DNA of 64,000 nucleotides from the IMG/VR virus record IMGVR_UViG_3300021591_000018, positions 1 to 64,000 of that record. The stretch is one strand, 5' to 3'. Within the stretch, counting starts at the first letter, position 1. Each line of letters starts with the position of its first letter. Shown one piece after another: positions 37,311-49,806 of the stretch. A program made the translations under genes and the position numbers. This DNA comes from a virus. Under the pieces are notes generated by a model, which did not search any database, was not told where the DNA came from, and was given only the letters and a program-made list of their open reading frames with translations.

Positions 37311-37715
37311 TCACCTCGTGAAGGGGATCTCCTTACCAAAGGGAGTATTCTTTACCTCTGGTAAGTTGGTAACATAGGCAACTAATTCAAAACTACAGTT
37401 GAACTTAAGAAGGATTTCTCTTAAGTCTTCGATAATATCAGTTGGTAATTCAACTTTGAAGGTGACGTTCTCTAAGCTGTAAGTGTAATCTTCACCTGTT
37501 GAGGGCAACTTTTCAAGTTCTTCGAGCAAGATGCCGTTGAATGGCCCATATGTGTAGTTGTAATAGCTAAGTGATGTTAGTCTTCGACCAGTCTTCTGAT
37601 AGTAGATTCTCTCGAGAAGATATGCTGTTTTGAGAAAGGTCATGACATCTACAGTTGAGTAACCTAGATTCTTAAGGATCTGACACACTGTTAACGCGTA
37701 CTCATCTGGATTCAT
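37311..37715 (-). CDS. Panacea (DUF4065/SocA-like) antitoxin domain protein
   Basis: KTAYLLE...TGRRLT...YNYTYGPF. Confidence 0.7.
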   Translation of the reverse strand: MNPDEYALTVCQILKNLGYSTVDVMTFLKTAYLLERIYYQKTGRRLTSLSYYNYTYGPFNGILLEELEKLPSTGEDYTYSLENVTFKVELPTDIIEDLREILLKFNCSFELVAYVTNLPEVKNTPFGKEIPFTR

Positions 37716-39018
37716 AGACGTTACCTCACGTGACAGGAGCTGTAAATACGCGTGGTACGTAAACCACTTCTCCAGTCGTCGTATAGTAGTACTTCACATC
37801 GTACTTCTCATCGCACTCACGACAGAGGTATATCGTTGTCTCACCGATTACAGCTGCATGTGTTACTGCACACGCCTTGACTGGCACTCGACGTATGACT
37901 GGATCAGAAGTCTCGGTTCCACAAATTGCGCACCGCATCAACACCACCTACTTCCGTCCTCAGGAACGAGTCGAAGAGGCTTCTCGTAAAGTGGTCCAGC
38001 GTATACGTCAACATGTGTGCATGGATACGAAGCTAACCGTAAAGTTGCACGTGTCTTACCATAGATGATGCCCTCATTGGGAACCTTTAGAATGATTGAT
38101 GAGAAGTCGTTGTGATCGTGGTCTGGTCGACTCACAAGGAGATCGACTCGGACGAGGTTCTCAGAGATAACAACAATAAAGTTCTTCGTTATGATGGCGA
38201 GGTGTGAACCGTTGTCTCTAATCGTACACCAAGGGGTCTCAGCATTAAAGATTTCAACCTCGCGTTCAACTTTACCTCTCATTTCGACCACAACCCTCAG
38301 GACAAACTTTACATCGACGATCACAAGTCAGAAACCACAAGAAGTTCGACAACCAAAAGGCACATAGGAAGAAAAGGAGGTACTCAATCACTTCTCCACC
38401 ACCGTCTTGAACCAGTGGTTGTAATAGTCAGGTTCGAGTTCAATCTCTACGATGACTTTGTCGTCCTCAGCATACACCGTGACATCAATACCACGTTCTC
38501 GCATATCATAGAACATCGATACTATCCTTTCTGGATCTACTGGGTCACGGAACCGTACGTAGTATTCGTAAGCAACGACTTGGTTTATTTTACTAGGATG
38601 ATAGATTGGCAGTTTCTCGATCTCTATATCGTCAGTACCACAGATATGCTCTAACAGACGTCGTAGTACTCTCACCTCTTCATCTTGAGTTAGTCCTACC
38701 ATTCGTCTTCCTCCTCGTCGTCTTCTAATTCGAAAATCCAGACTGGTTGTCGTCTTCTCCACTCTTGAAGTAGATCATCAGGTGATTCCTCGTCAATAAG
38801 GTCACCGTAGTCCCAAGCGATAATGTCAATGTCTGTCTCACCAACCACGTCTCTCGATGGTATTTCGACGAACTCATTGTATTGTTTATCTTTCACTACG
38901 ACTTTATTGTCTTTTTGCTCTACGATGTAACCGTAACTTAGTCGTCCATCAGAACGGTAGAACTCAACGAGTGTACCGACTGAGTACATTTGATATGCAC
39001 TTAAATTGTTTGTTGAAA

Positions 39019-39029
39019 CAATATTTAAA
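39019..39029 (-). promoter_or_regulatory. TATA element TTTAAATATTG (copy 3)
   Basis: Intergenic, about 30 nt upstream of ATG 38989. Confidence 0.65.
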
Positions 39030-42000
39030 TGTTGTTACACAACTGTTAACTTTCTTGTCGGATGTTAGATAACAACTGTATAATCAACAGTAAACCTCTT
39101 GCAATTACTGCATGCTGGAAGTGACCAGAATCAGCGACCTTATTCAGTACCTTTAGGATACCGTTCGGATCGTCACGTTGGTAGATCTCTTCTGGCTCCA
39201 TTAATATGCAGTTCTTCTTGGCTGCAACAACAGTACCGAAAACGATATCACCAGGTTCAATCTGGTCGTGCCATCTTGTAAAGAGAATGTATCGTCCATC
39301 GGAGAACTTGCCGACAATGGTGTCATCCTTACCCCGTCGTGCAATTGTTGCATATTTCTCGCCGACTGTAATTGGAAGTTGAATTCGATCGAGCTCAGAC
39401 ATGACTCTCACCTCGAGACGTCAAAGAATAGTCGCAGGCTATCGACGAGCTCAACGAAGGATTTGTAGACGTAGGTGTGTTTGATTGGCAGCACTTTTTC
39501 CTCTTCTACTGTCACAATAAATCCGTTATCGACTGACTCAATCGTAACCTTTACGCCCTTCCTCATATACCTCACCTCAATCCAGTAGTTCGAGTAATAA
39601 AGTTACCTTACGTGTAATAAACTCTCCATTCCGTAGCTTATTGACAATTTCCTCATGATGGTTAATTGCCTCTTCCCATGTCTTGTAACGCCAGACTTGC
39701 TCGAATCGTAGTTCGAAATTTGGGTACGGATCTGCGAAAATCATTGTCTCGTAGAGCATGCCATTTATTGGTGATTCGAGGTAGATCGTCGAAACACACA
39801 CTGTCGTCTTGAACGGTCCAATCTCAACTATAACCTCGGTTTGTTTCCGTCGTGCATCTTTCAGGAACACGTATCCACAGACTTTACAGACTGCGAATGT
39901 GCCCTCCTCTGGACGTTTTGGATTGACTGGTATCGAGGGTAATTGTATGAACTCGTCGAAGGTGTATTTACGTCCACATCTTTCACAAATCCACACGGAC
40001 ATAATGGTCACCTTACCGGTCTTACCTCCCGTGCAAACATATCTTCGATCCCTTCATAGGGCACTCCCTTCCCGTCGTCGGGTCTATAGCCTTCGGACAG
40101 ACGAACTTTCCGTTCTCGTCTATCTCGAAGACTATCACCTCATCCAAGAACGGGCAACGGAAATAAGCCCATCTCCATCTCCGGCCTAAGTTCTCGTCCA
40201 GGGTCTCTACGTCTTTATTCCTCGGCACAAGACTCATCCTATCGCCTCATTTCTCTATTCGTAGAGAAAAGAATCGAGGTGTCATCCAGAATTTACGGTA
40301 CTTACCTTGATTAGTAATTCGATGGCATACCAGGACGATGTCAGGTTTGAAGACGATGAAGCCCTCCCTCCAGTGAGTCTTGTGCCCACGTTTGCTACTC
40401 CAGATGCGTTTCAACCAACCCCGATTGATAGCTTCTTCGAGATCGACCTCCTCGTCGGCTCCTGGATATTCCTTAACCGTCCACCAAGTTCGTGCTCGTG
40501 TCTTTTGTGCTTCATGGAACCATAGCGAAATACTAATCCCGGATTTCATCTTCTCTCACCAGCGATTCAGAAAGTTTCTTTACAATGAAATCACACCGTT
40601 CGTCAACCCAGACATCGGCCTTCTCCGTGTAGATAACTGCTACTAGACGATTTGCACAGTAAATCCGAATTTCAGTCGGGCTTTCGATAACATGCACACT
40701 CTCTCTCATACGATCACCTTTGAACACGAGCTTCAAGGAAAATCGGTAAGGAGAGTAACCCAAAGCAGATGAGTTGTATGTACCAAGCTCCACGAAAGAT
40801 CACGAGTGTTGAGCCAGTTACAACACCAACACTAAGTGCATATTTTGTTACCAGTCGCTTACAGCCCATAATAGTCTCAACACATGCAACGAGAAGCAGG
40901 AAGACAGCGAGACCTAACTGGTTGAATTCAAGTGTCACTGTAACTACAATTCCTGTTAGGACTCCAAATAGCTCGGCGAGTATGACTTCAGCATAGTTAG
41001 GCATTACAGCCAGCTCCTTCGAGTTTCTTCTCAACATATTCACGTATCAGTTCCCGGACTTCAATGACAACGTCGTCAAGATTGACTCCATGAAGGGCGA
41101 CTTCCTCAAGGTATTTCCTTGCGAAGTAAATCTTCCATCGACGACTGACTGAAATTGCCATCGTGACGAACATCCCACCGATAGCAAATCCGCCAAGGAA
41201 GTATACGACTTTCCACATGTTTACTCACCTCTCTCGATGATGAGTTCGCCGAACTGATTGTACCGGAAGATCCATGTACAGTCACAGTCGTCGCAGTAAT
41301 AGATGTCAGTATTTTCGTCGACGTTTGCAACGTGGTCAAGTTCCGTCCTACAGATTGGGCAGTACATCACCACTCCACCTCGATCGTCTCTTCTCTCACT
41401 TCAATGGGGCATGAATCCAACTGCTCGTCGATGATTGAGTCGAGGTAGTCCCCCTCTAAGCAACTGTAGATATGAAGGAATTTCTGTCGTCGGAACTCCT
41501 CGTCTTCCTTGAGACGACTTATGAACTCATCGAACTCATGTGGATCAAAGTCGTCCTCGTAGTATCCAACCTCGATCTTGACGTTTGCTATGAGCTTAAC
41601 AGCTCTTGTCGTACGCATCCGTCTCACCGTGGATCGGTAATCAAGTGCCAAAGATAGTAGAAGGCAACACTATCGATCTTGAAAGTCTCACCGACTTCCT
41701 CTGCGTTGAACTCAAAGTCTACTGGAACTCTCGAAGCAACCGTAGCAGCACCAATGGCCTCGATGAACGTGTTGATGATGTCACAGACAAAGTCTTCGAA
41801 GATCTCCTCTATAGCCTCCTTGTCACGACACTTCAGTATCTCCTCAACATACGTATCGTAAAGGGACTGCTTCTCTTCAGACATTCAACACCACCTTCCT
41901 AAGTTGTGCAAGGATGAAATCCTTCAGGTCCTCACGACGGAGCTGCTCGAGGTTTAAGTCGCAGACTGGAACGAATTCACCGATTCGCTTAACGAGGCAG

Positions 42001-42353
42001 ACCCTCGCAACCTTATCGGTATACCAGTAGTGTACGAGAGTCCGTCCGGTCTCCTCGTCGATCTTGCTGAGGGCTGCAGCTAGACGCCGACCTAGCTTCA
42101 CCTTCTCAGATATTGGAACTTTCACACCGTATCTCTTCAGGAACTTCTGTGCGATCTCGACGTTCTCATGCATCCAACGGCACATGAGTGCTGAGAAACC
42201 AGTACGTACGTAAGGCATGTTGTGTTTCTCGAGAGTCTCCTGTACAAGATCAGCTAATCGATCAGATCCTGTATAGACAGCTCTCGGTATTCCATCTTCG
42301 TTATAGAGGAATACCCAAACCCATCTAAACACACTCTCACCTCCTACAAGTTG

Positions 42354-42430
42354 GCACTTTGACGCCGAGAGCGTTGGGCTCGGCCAGGCGTGCTACAAGC
42401 CTCCAGAGGGCCCATCGTTCCCTCTGGCTT
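42354..42430. ncRNA. GC-rich intergenic two-hairpin element
   Basis: GCCGAG/CTCGGC and CCAGAGGG/CCCTCTGG stems with complementary 9-nt loops. Confidence 0.4.
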
Positions 42431-44158
42431 CAGAAAGACAGGGGACTTAGGAACTCTCTTCGTTGTCTTCGTCGTCTTTGTCGGAGCCTACCGAGATACT
42501 TACAATGTCCCGAGAGCCCTCTTCAGATGGGAATGCAACGAAGATCATTAAAGCTAGAGGCCAAAGGCTTCGAGTAGTGTAGACAGCGAAGGCAACTAGA
42601 GCCATAAGGCATATATCATAGATTAGACAGAAGGTTTCGCGATCCATGCCTCATTCCTCCACAATTTCGTAGATGCCAACGAAGTCGCTTATGCCTTCTT
42701 GGCAGCCAGGGAAGGGAATGATGACCACCTTTCCCTTCGCCTTTATCCTGCCATTCACTCTGTGGATGTCAGCAGGACCGTAGTAGACACATCGAATCGT
42801 CTTAGTCGTCGTTCCGAGCAGTCTCCTCAGAAGAGTTAGAAGACTTACCACTCACCTCACCCCTAAGTATAAACTCCGGGAAGTTGATCTCGCTAATCTC
42901 CTTTTCAATTTTCTCGAATGCAAACGTGAACTGGTTTGCATACTCTGCAAGATCCGTGTACCAAGACTGTGGATAGCCATGAGGCGTTAACATAAACTTC
43001 AGGATACGTTTCAGTCCCCTTGCATTTAGTGGATGACTGAACCACCCGCAGTTCGTACAGACGTCAATATCGAAGTAGATCTTGTCATTACCGAGTGGGT
43101 AGAACTCCGGGACCGCAACGAAGGCCTTCTTGAAGGTTTCACATCCACATTGCGGGCACTTCAACCGTGCTATCACGTGTACAACCATGCTCAGTCACCT
43201 TTCTTCGACGATTCTCATCACTTCACTCTGGATATGGAAAGCTTCCTCAGTGCCAATGTAGTCTGCTAGTGCGTTGATATATGCCCAGTAGAGTGGACAA
43301 AGATCGGTTCGTGAGACGTCCTCGATGACTTGCATCTCTCGAATCGTCTCGTAGAAACGTTTGCAGACTTCCTCTAACGGACACCGACTACAGATCGGTT
43401 CGAGTGGATCTATAACTTTACCTCCCTTACGCCCCATCCTTATTCCCGAGTCTTCCTCATCACGGTCGTTCGGAGGCCTACGTTCAGTCATCTGAGGCAT
43501 TCGTAATCTCATATGCATCATCTCTTTTAAATTTCTCTCTCATTTTAATTTAGGACGTTTCCATCGTGGAGTAGACGGAGTGCCTCAACAGCTGAATAGA
43601 CTTTACGATTACCAACATGATAGACCGACACGTACTGGTTGTTATACAAGCCAACCCTAACTTCGATTCCCCCATAGCTGAGACCTCGTATTTCTGCCTC
43701 TTGTCTGAGTGAGTAACATGCGATTTTGTAGATTGCCTTGATATCACTGAGGACGTCATGTGTAAGCACTAGACTGATCCGGCGTTCGATTCGTTTCAGA
43801 GACTGTCTGTACGACGATGGAGTCAACGTTACTTTCTTTAAGTCTATGAAATGGTAATCGTTCACTACTGGTACACTGATACTGATCATCCAAGTACCAG
43901 GACTAGTTACCTTCGTACTTAGGAAGTAAATCTCATCGTAGTGAAATCGACTTCGAAATTCTTGTGTCAACGCCTTCCGTATGACATAGTGATGAGCACC
44001 TTCCAACACCCGTGGCTCCTGTTTGAAGTATTCGAAAGCCGTAAGTAACGGCGTTCCAGGTTGGTCAACAACTCCCTTCGATCGTGGATGGTGCTTAAGT
44101 ATGATCTCTTCAAATTTCAGTTCTGGTTTGACATAGTAAACTGTCGGATAGGAGGTCA

Positions 44159-45649
44159 TCATGATGTACATTTCGACCCTCCGAAGAGCTTTACACCTTT
44201 GCATTCGGCTGTAAAGACCAATTCTCGTAACGCTTTAAGGACATCACGATAGCCAAACGATACGGCTACTGCACCGACGACAGGCACTTTCTCCTCACTA
44301 CCAAGCACGGGTACATCGAATCTGTAGACGTGAGTCACCTCGTAGACTCCGTTTTCCTCCCGAATTGTGTAGGCATTCTTCTTATCGACGACAACCGGTA
44401 AGTCAAACCCTAAAGTCCGTGCGACTTCACGTGCCTTCTTTGAGGTAGCCTTCAGCGCGACTTGGTAGACTTCGGTTTCGCCTAGCTCCTCAAATTTCAG
44501 TCGCTTCCACGTTGTCATTCAAATCACCGACATGAACCATCCAGTTACCTTAATGTTGAGTTCGTCAGCATCCTCATCGAATAGTACACGTAATGCACCC
44601 TCAGGTTCCGAATAGATGTCAACATTATGGAACCAGAGGTGATACTCAACAATCAAACCGTCGAGGTCATCGTATGCAAGGATCTCGTAGTGGACCTTAT
44701 CCTCTATCCGAACCTCTCTGACTGTCGTCCAGCCGTAGCGGGTGAAGATCGGAAGTTTAAGTCCTCTCAGTTTAGCTTCTCTTTTTGCTACTGGACTTGT
44801 ATTCTCAACTGCAAGGTCATAGGCTGTCTTCATCAACACTCACCTTAACAAGTTCCTCGAGAATCTCTGAATGACCTAAAGTTAGTGACTCAATCTTACG
44901 TAAAGCTTCATTGACTGTTATGTTAGCAACCGAACCTTCAACCCAGAGGAGCTGACGATAGATTTTGTTCTCGATTGTGTAGTACCTCGTTATTACGTAC
45001 ACTTTAGTTCCATCTAGATCAACCTCTTCAACTGTAAGTATACCTAACCATGAGTCAACTGGTAACTCTAACTTTAGTAATTTCGCAAGGTTAAGTGCCT
45101 CCTTTGAGGTGTGTTTCAGAGCCAATTCCTTAAGAACAGCCATTTTCCTTCGCATTAAACCTTTAACTTCTTTCGAATCCATGCCAGAAACCTCCTCAGT
45201 CGACTCTTCTTAGGTACGTGTCCTATTGAATCAATCTCAATGTAACCGTATGTTTGCGGTCGATGGTATCGTGCATCGACAATAGCACGTAACGCATCTC
45301 TAGCTGAACTAAAGCTCATTGAAGTCCACGTCGAGTTGTAAGCAAACTCAAGTACTGCACGTACAACTCGACCGTTGAACTCACTGTAATGAACAACGAA
45401 GTAACGCTTCCCATGTGGGGTTATTGTAGATTCGACTGTCAGCAATCCGAGCTTCGTATACATCGGTAACTCGTAGCCTAGAACCTTTGCAAGTTCAAGT
45501 GCTTCCTTATCTGTTCCACGTCGAGCTGCTTCCCAGACTTTCTTCGGGAGTAACTTCATCTTGAGGCGATATGGGCGTCCGTAATCATCACTCAACGGCG
45601 AACACCCCAAGTTCGTCGAGTTTACGGAGAAGCTCCTCGGGAGTTGCAA
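44159..45649 (-). repeat. Four tandem paralogous genes (44159-44518, 44519-44839, 44817-45182, 45155-45649)
   Basis: Shared A..xTSxxA...A+xLGxxLP...G..TV motif. Confidence 0.7.
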
Positions 45650-46579
45650 AGTGGCGACTGCTGCCGTCGACTACGATTCGATACGCTGCAATGATTCGAT
45701 TGGTTTCATGCAGGACCCAAGTTTGAAAGGTAATGGCGTTCAACTTTATGAGTGCCTTAACAATCTGGTGTAAACCACGAAGTAACGAACATCTAATAAG
45801 CTCCTGCTTCATGGCAACTCTTATGACAGCAGCTACTAAGTCATCTGATGTCGATGGATAAACACGGTACGTACTACTTGCAAACTCTGCTAATTCGTAT
45901 TCGTCTAAATTCAAGTCAATCACCAAACACTCCTAAGTCGTCAAGCTTACGTAACAATTCTTGAGGCCCTGCAAACATAAGTTTCTCTTCATCAACCATG
46001 ATGCTATACCATGCCGCAGTGGAAACTCCGTAGTTGTTGACTATGAATGTGATTGCACCGAGACGTACAAGTGCCTCGACGACCTTTTCGACCCCGATAA
46101 TCTTTGCCATTCGCATAAGGTCGTTGACGAGTGAGTTGTGTACTGCCTGTTCTTCGTTTCCATCCAACGATCTCCAGTAAACTCGCATAGAGCCTGACTT
46201 AGTCTTTACATATTTATAGTTCTTCGACATAGCGTCGTCTTCACCCTCCTACGTCAAAGAGACCGAGTTCATCAAGTTTACGGAGCAACTCCTTCGGACT
46301 TGCGAAGTAAAGTTGATCGTTGTCAACGATGATCCGGTACGCTGCGATGACAACTTTGGTCTGTTCTAAAACCCATGTCTGGAAGCAGATTACCTTCATC
46401 CTTATGAGTACGTTGATGACGTTATGTAATCCTCGTAACCTCGCATAGCGTTCCAGTTCAAGCTTCAGTGCAATCTTTATGGACTCGATGTCAAGTGTTT
46501 TCGACATCTCGTACACTCGGAATGTACCTCGGTCAGATTCCGAAACTCTGTAACCAGTATACGGATCGAAGACTATCAA
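45588..46579 (-). repeat. Three tandem paralogous genes (45588-45926, 45916-46230, 46241-46579)
   Basis: Shared RVY...LI+L.AI.F...AAY.I.VD...FA.P.ELLRKLD(D/E)LG.F. Confidence 0.85.
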
Positions 46580-46591
46580 CTGCTACCACCA

Positions 46592-47656
46592 CTATCTCAG
46601 TCGCACGACCTCACCCCATGGTGGTTCTTGATCAACTGTTGCCCAGACAACGGGATACGAAGGTGGCTCGTTTGGATATACACCATTACCATCAGTGAGG
46701 TAGACGAGGAGCTTACAATCAGGCTTGTTCTCCTCGATCCACTTGAAGACTGGACGGAAGTCAGTTCCGCCTCTGTTGAAGACGATACTTTCGAGGTCGA
46801 ATGCCGAGTCAACTTCGTAGACAGAGTGTACTCTTGTATCACAGCACAGTAACGTTATATGTAAGCTTGGGAACTGATGGTAGAGGTTGCGTAACACACC
46901 GAGGAATTCACGACCTTCATCGTCGGTTATACTCCCAGAAGTATCAACAGCTGCAACGATTTCGACATGCTTTCGCTCAACGTCAGGTAGGTAGACAGAA
47001 GTGAATCGTCGATCTCTACACAGCCACGTGTAGTCGACGATGTACCTCTGAGCTATGACATTGAACAGGAGTTCGAAAGGTAGATATTTGTCTGTTAGTG
47101 CTGCATCTAACAGTTGACCGAACTCTCCGGGTTCTGATCCAATCATACGTTTGTGGATTTCGATGGCCTCACGTATGACTCGTGCTAACTTACGTTTGAA
47201 CTCCTTCGGTACGTCACCGTATCGATGTGCGTCAAGAACGTGTACATACTTGACTTTAACTTTCTCGTAAATCTCCTCTGCAGTCATGTCCTGACACTGT
47301 GGATCGATGAGTAATGGTATTGATGGCTCTGGTACGTGCATCTTATAGACCAGTTGTGAGTTGATCGCAAGGTCACATGCAATATTCCAACGCTTCATTT
47401 CACGGTCTCCTTTACGACCGAAGTGATCAAGGATGATATGACCGAGCTCATGTAGATAGACGAAGATGATGTCGTTGACACTATGCTGTGTGACTAACTT
47501 CTCGGTTAAGTGAACTTCTGTTGGTGTTGCCTCACCGTACTCCGAGCCATCGATCTCATCAAGCACCTTGACAGGAATGTGCATCATTATGTAACCGAAG
47601 AACGGATAGTCCGAGAGAATTCGAGTCCTCGCTAACTTAAGCTTCTCGTACTCCAT
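46592..47656 (-). CDS. Metallopeptidase-like (HExxH) plus VWA domain protein (DUF2201-type)
   Basis: YPFFG, HELGH, WNIACDLAIN, VDTSGS, RGGTDF, YLTDG. Confidence 0.85.
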   Translation of the reverse strand: MEYEKLKLARTRILSDYPFFGYIMMHIPVKVLDEIDGSEYGEATPTEVHLTEKLVTQHSVNDIIFVYLHELGHIILDHFGRKGDREMKRWNIACDLAINSQLVYKMHVPEPSIPLLIDPQCQDMTAEEIYEKVKVKYVHVLDAHRYGDVPKEFKRKLARVIREAIEIHKRMIGSEPGEFGQLLDAALTDKYLPFELLFNVIAQRYIVDYTWLCRDRRFTSVYLPDVERKHVEIVAAVDTSGSITDDEGREFLGVLRNLYHQFPSLHITLLCCDTRVHSVYEVDSAFDLESIVFNRGGTDFRPVFKWIEENKPDCKLLVYLTDGNGVYPNEPPSYPVVWATVDQEPPWGEVVRLR

Positions 47657-48751
47657 AGACTACCACCTTATAGTGCTCTTCGAATCGCCTTCCGCATCTT
47701 GGGCAGAAGTTGTTGTCGGTGTCTTTAAATGCCCCCTCCTTACCACAAAAGGCGCATCTTGAAAAGCGATATCGTACAACACATCGAACATAATCCTCAA
47801 GGTTGTTGTGAAGTCCATGTAGAGCCTTCTTTAAGTCGAGTTCCTTGAAGATGTGTAACTCGTTACGTACCAAGACGATCAAACGATACTCGACGGTCTT
47901 CGTCGGTACAACAATACATGCAAAACAGTAATCTGAGAGTCGACGATAGGGAGTGAGACCTTTCAATTTGCACTCCTTTATCAACTCATCGTACCTTCGT
48001 TTCGCACCATCCGTCTTGATGAGCTCACTAATGTCTTTATAGACTGTTGAAAACCTCGGTAAGAATCTTGTATCGATGAATTCTGGATTTCGTTCCAATT
48101 GTAAAATCGAATCAACGGTTTGGAAGACGTATTGGAAGATACCATGGAGTTCCTCATCAGTTTCGACACGGTAACCGTAGAAGATGATCATACCTTCTCA
48201 CCGTAAACAATTGCTTTAAAATGCTCCTTGAACGTCAAACCACAACGGTAGCAATACTTCGCATCGTTCTTTCTGAATGCATCAGTTGCGTTACATCGAG
48301 CACAGTCTGGAAATGCATACCGAACAAATCGCATGAGAAACGACGAAAGTTCATGATGGAGTGCTTTGACGCCGTCATCAGCTCTTGCAAAGAAGCGTGT
48401 GTCGTACGTATCCCTTAGCAAGATGACAAGTAGGAATCCAGCATTTAATGTGGTGACTAACGCTGCGAAACAGTGAGGTGAGACTCGTCGATACGGTTCT
48501 AATCCAGTAACGTCCAGTAGCCTCTGTAACTCTTCGTATGCCCGTTTTTGCGGTTCCGCTAACTGATCTGGAAAGTCCCTGATTGATGGTATCGACCCAA
48601 CTTCAATAACAGCTGGATTCTCAGGTGGCTCGTTTTCATCAGTAAGAAGTAACTGTAGAGCCTGGTATAGTTCCTCGTCGGTTTCTGCTTTGTAACCACC
48701 GATTATGTAGATCATAGTAGGAACCGTCCCCACTTTTGGATAGGTTTCCAC
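47637..48751 (-). repeat. Two tandem paralogous genes with C-terminal Zn ribbon (47637-48191, 48188-48751)
   Basis: Shared GY..ETDEEL, GL.PYRR.S..CFA, KALH, CA.C...C.RCG..F.EH.K..VYG. Confidence 0.85.
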
Positions 48752-49806
48752 TCTGGGTGGTCAAGCAGTTTCATACCGTACTGATTGATGAGGAACTTAC
48801 CGACTAAAGCTGAGAACTCTGGCATGATGTTGAAGAGTCGCTTCAGAACGATGAGGACAGCTCGTAGATTCTTCTCGTTCCGTGCTTTCTCCATGAGTGC
48901 ACCTGATAATGCGTAGATCTGGTCGACTTGCTTCGGTAACGGTGTTGTTTCAGGATTCTTGAGTATCTCATCGATGTCAAATGACAGCATCAAGTCGATG
49001 AATGCCATGAATTCGACTGCAGCACCTACTCCAACTGCTGAGCTAACAAGCAACTGGAGTCGTTCCTTCTCTTCAGTTGGAACGTCTCGGATGAGTTTAC
49101 TTGCAAACTCCCATGTCCTCGGCAACGGGAAGGTGTCCTGCTTCGATTTCGGGTCGAACTTGCAGAGCATGTCAGGACGTTTCGCTATGAATGCGATAAT
49201 TCGACCGTCAATGTCGTGCTGTGTCGCCCAGTTGAGCCAGTCGTCACTATCAGTAATCAATTCGACGTTAATCCATCGTGTACGAAGAGGTGTTAGCACC
49301 ATGAATGCACCGGCGCCATGTTCCATTCGATTACCAGCAGCTGCAACCCAGTAGCCATCAGGAAGGATGTAGTTGTCGAGTGACCTCTGTAAGAACAGTC
49401 GGAATGCAGCTTTCTGGCACGCTGGCTCTGCAGTTGGCATGTCATCGAAGAAGATGATACCGTAACCGCAACGTGGAAGCTCCTCAGTGGGCAACCATCG
49501 GGTTGTGTTATTCGCATAGTCAGGCCATGGTGTACCTCTGATGTCAACTGGGTTACGCAAAGTCATCCGAATATCATGTACAATAAAATAGTCGTCCGAT
49601 GGTTGAGTCCATGGGTAGATACCGAACTTCTTACCTAACTCGTTGGCAATCTGTTCTCCTGCAGTATAGAAGCAAGCACTCTTACCTATTCCTGGAATGC
49701 CCCAGACCATTAGTGGAATACGTCGACGATAGCAGTGAATGATTAGGTCGATTAGCTCACTTGGTGTTACAACTGGCGACCCGTGTGACTGAATTCGTTC
49801 ACTCAT
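48712..49806 (-). CDS. MoxR-like AAA+ ATPase (partner of the VWA protein)
   Basis: WGIPGIGKS, DIRGTP, IFFDD, AAGNR, LRTRW, PRTWE. Confidence 0.85.
   Translation of the reverse strand: MSERIQSHGSPVVTPSELIDLIIHCYRRRIPLMVWGIPGIGKSACFYTAGEQIANELGKKFGIYPWTQPSDDYFIVHDIRMTLRNPVDIRGTPWPDYANNTTRWLPTEELPRCGYGIIFFDDMPTAEPACQKAAFRLFLQRSLDNYILPDGYWVAAAGNRMEHGAGAFMVLTPLRTRWINVELITDSDDWLNWATQHDIDGRIIAFIAKRPDMLCKFDPKSKQDTFPLPRTWEFASKLIRDVPTEEKERLQLLVSSAVGVGAAVEFMAFIDLMLSFDIDEILKNPETTPLPKQVDQIYALSGALMEKARNEKNLRAVLIVLKRLFNIMPEFSALVGKFLINQYGMKLLDHPEWKPIQKWGRFLL

Larger units (their letters stand above)
37726..44204 (-). other. Run of about 20 small hypothetical ORFs (e.g. 37938-38324, 38388-38762, 38696-38989, 39046-39411, 39577-40011, 40247-40549, 40714-41043 membrane, 41367-41651, 41624-41884, 41877-42332, 42802-43188, 43195-43521, 43545-44204)
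   Basis: Co-oriented abutting ORFs with SD motifs; many CxxC pairs. Confidence 0.6.
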
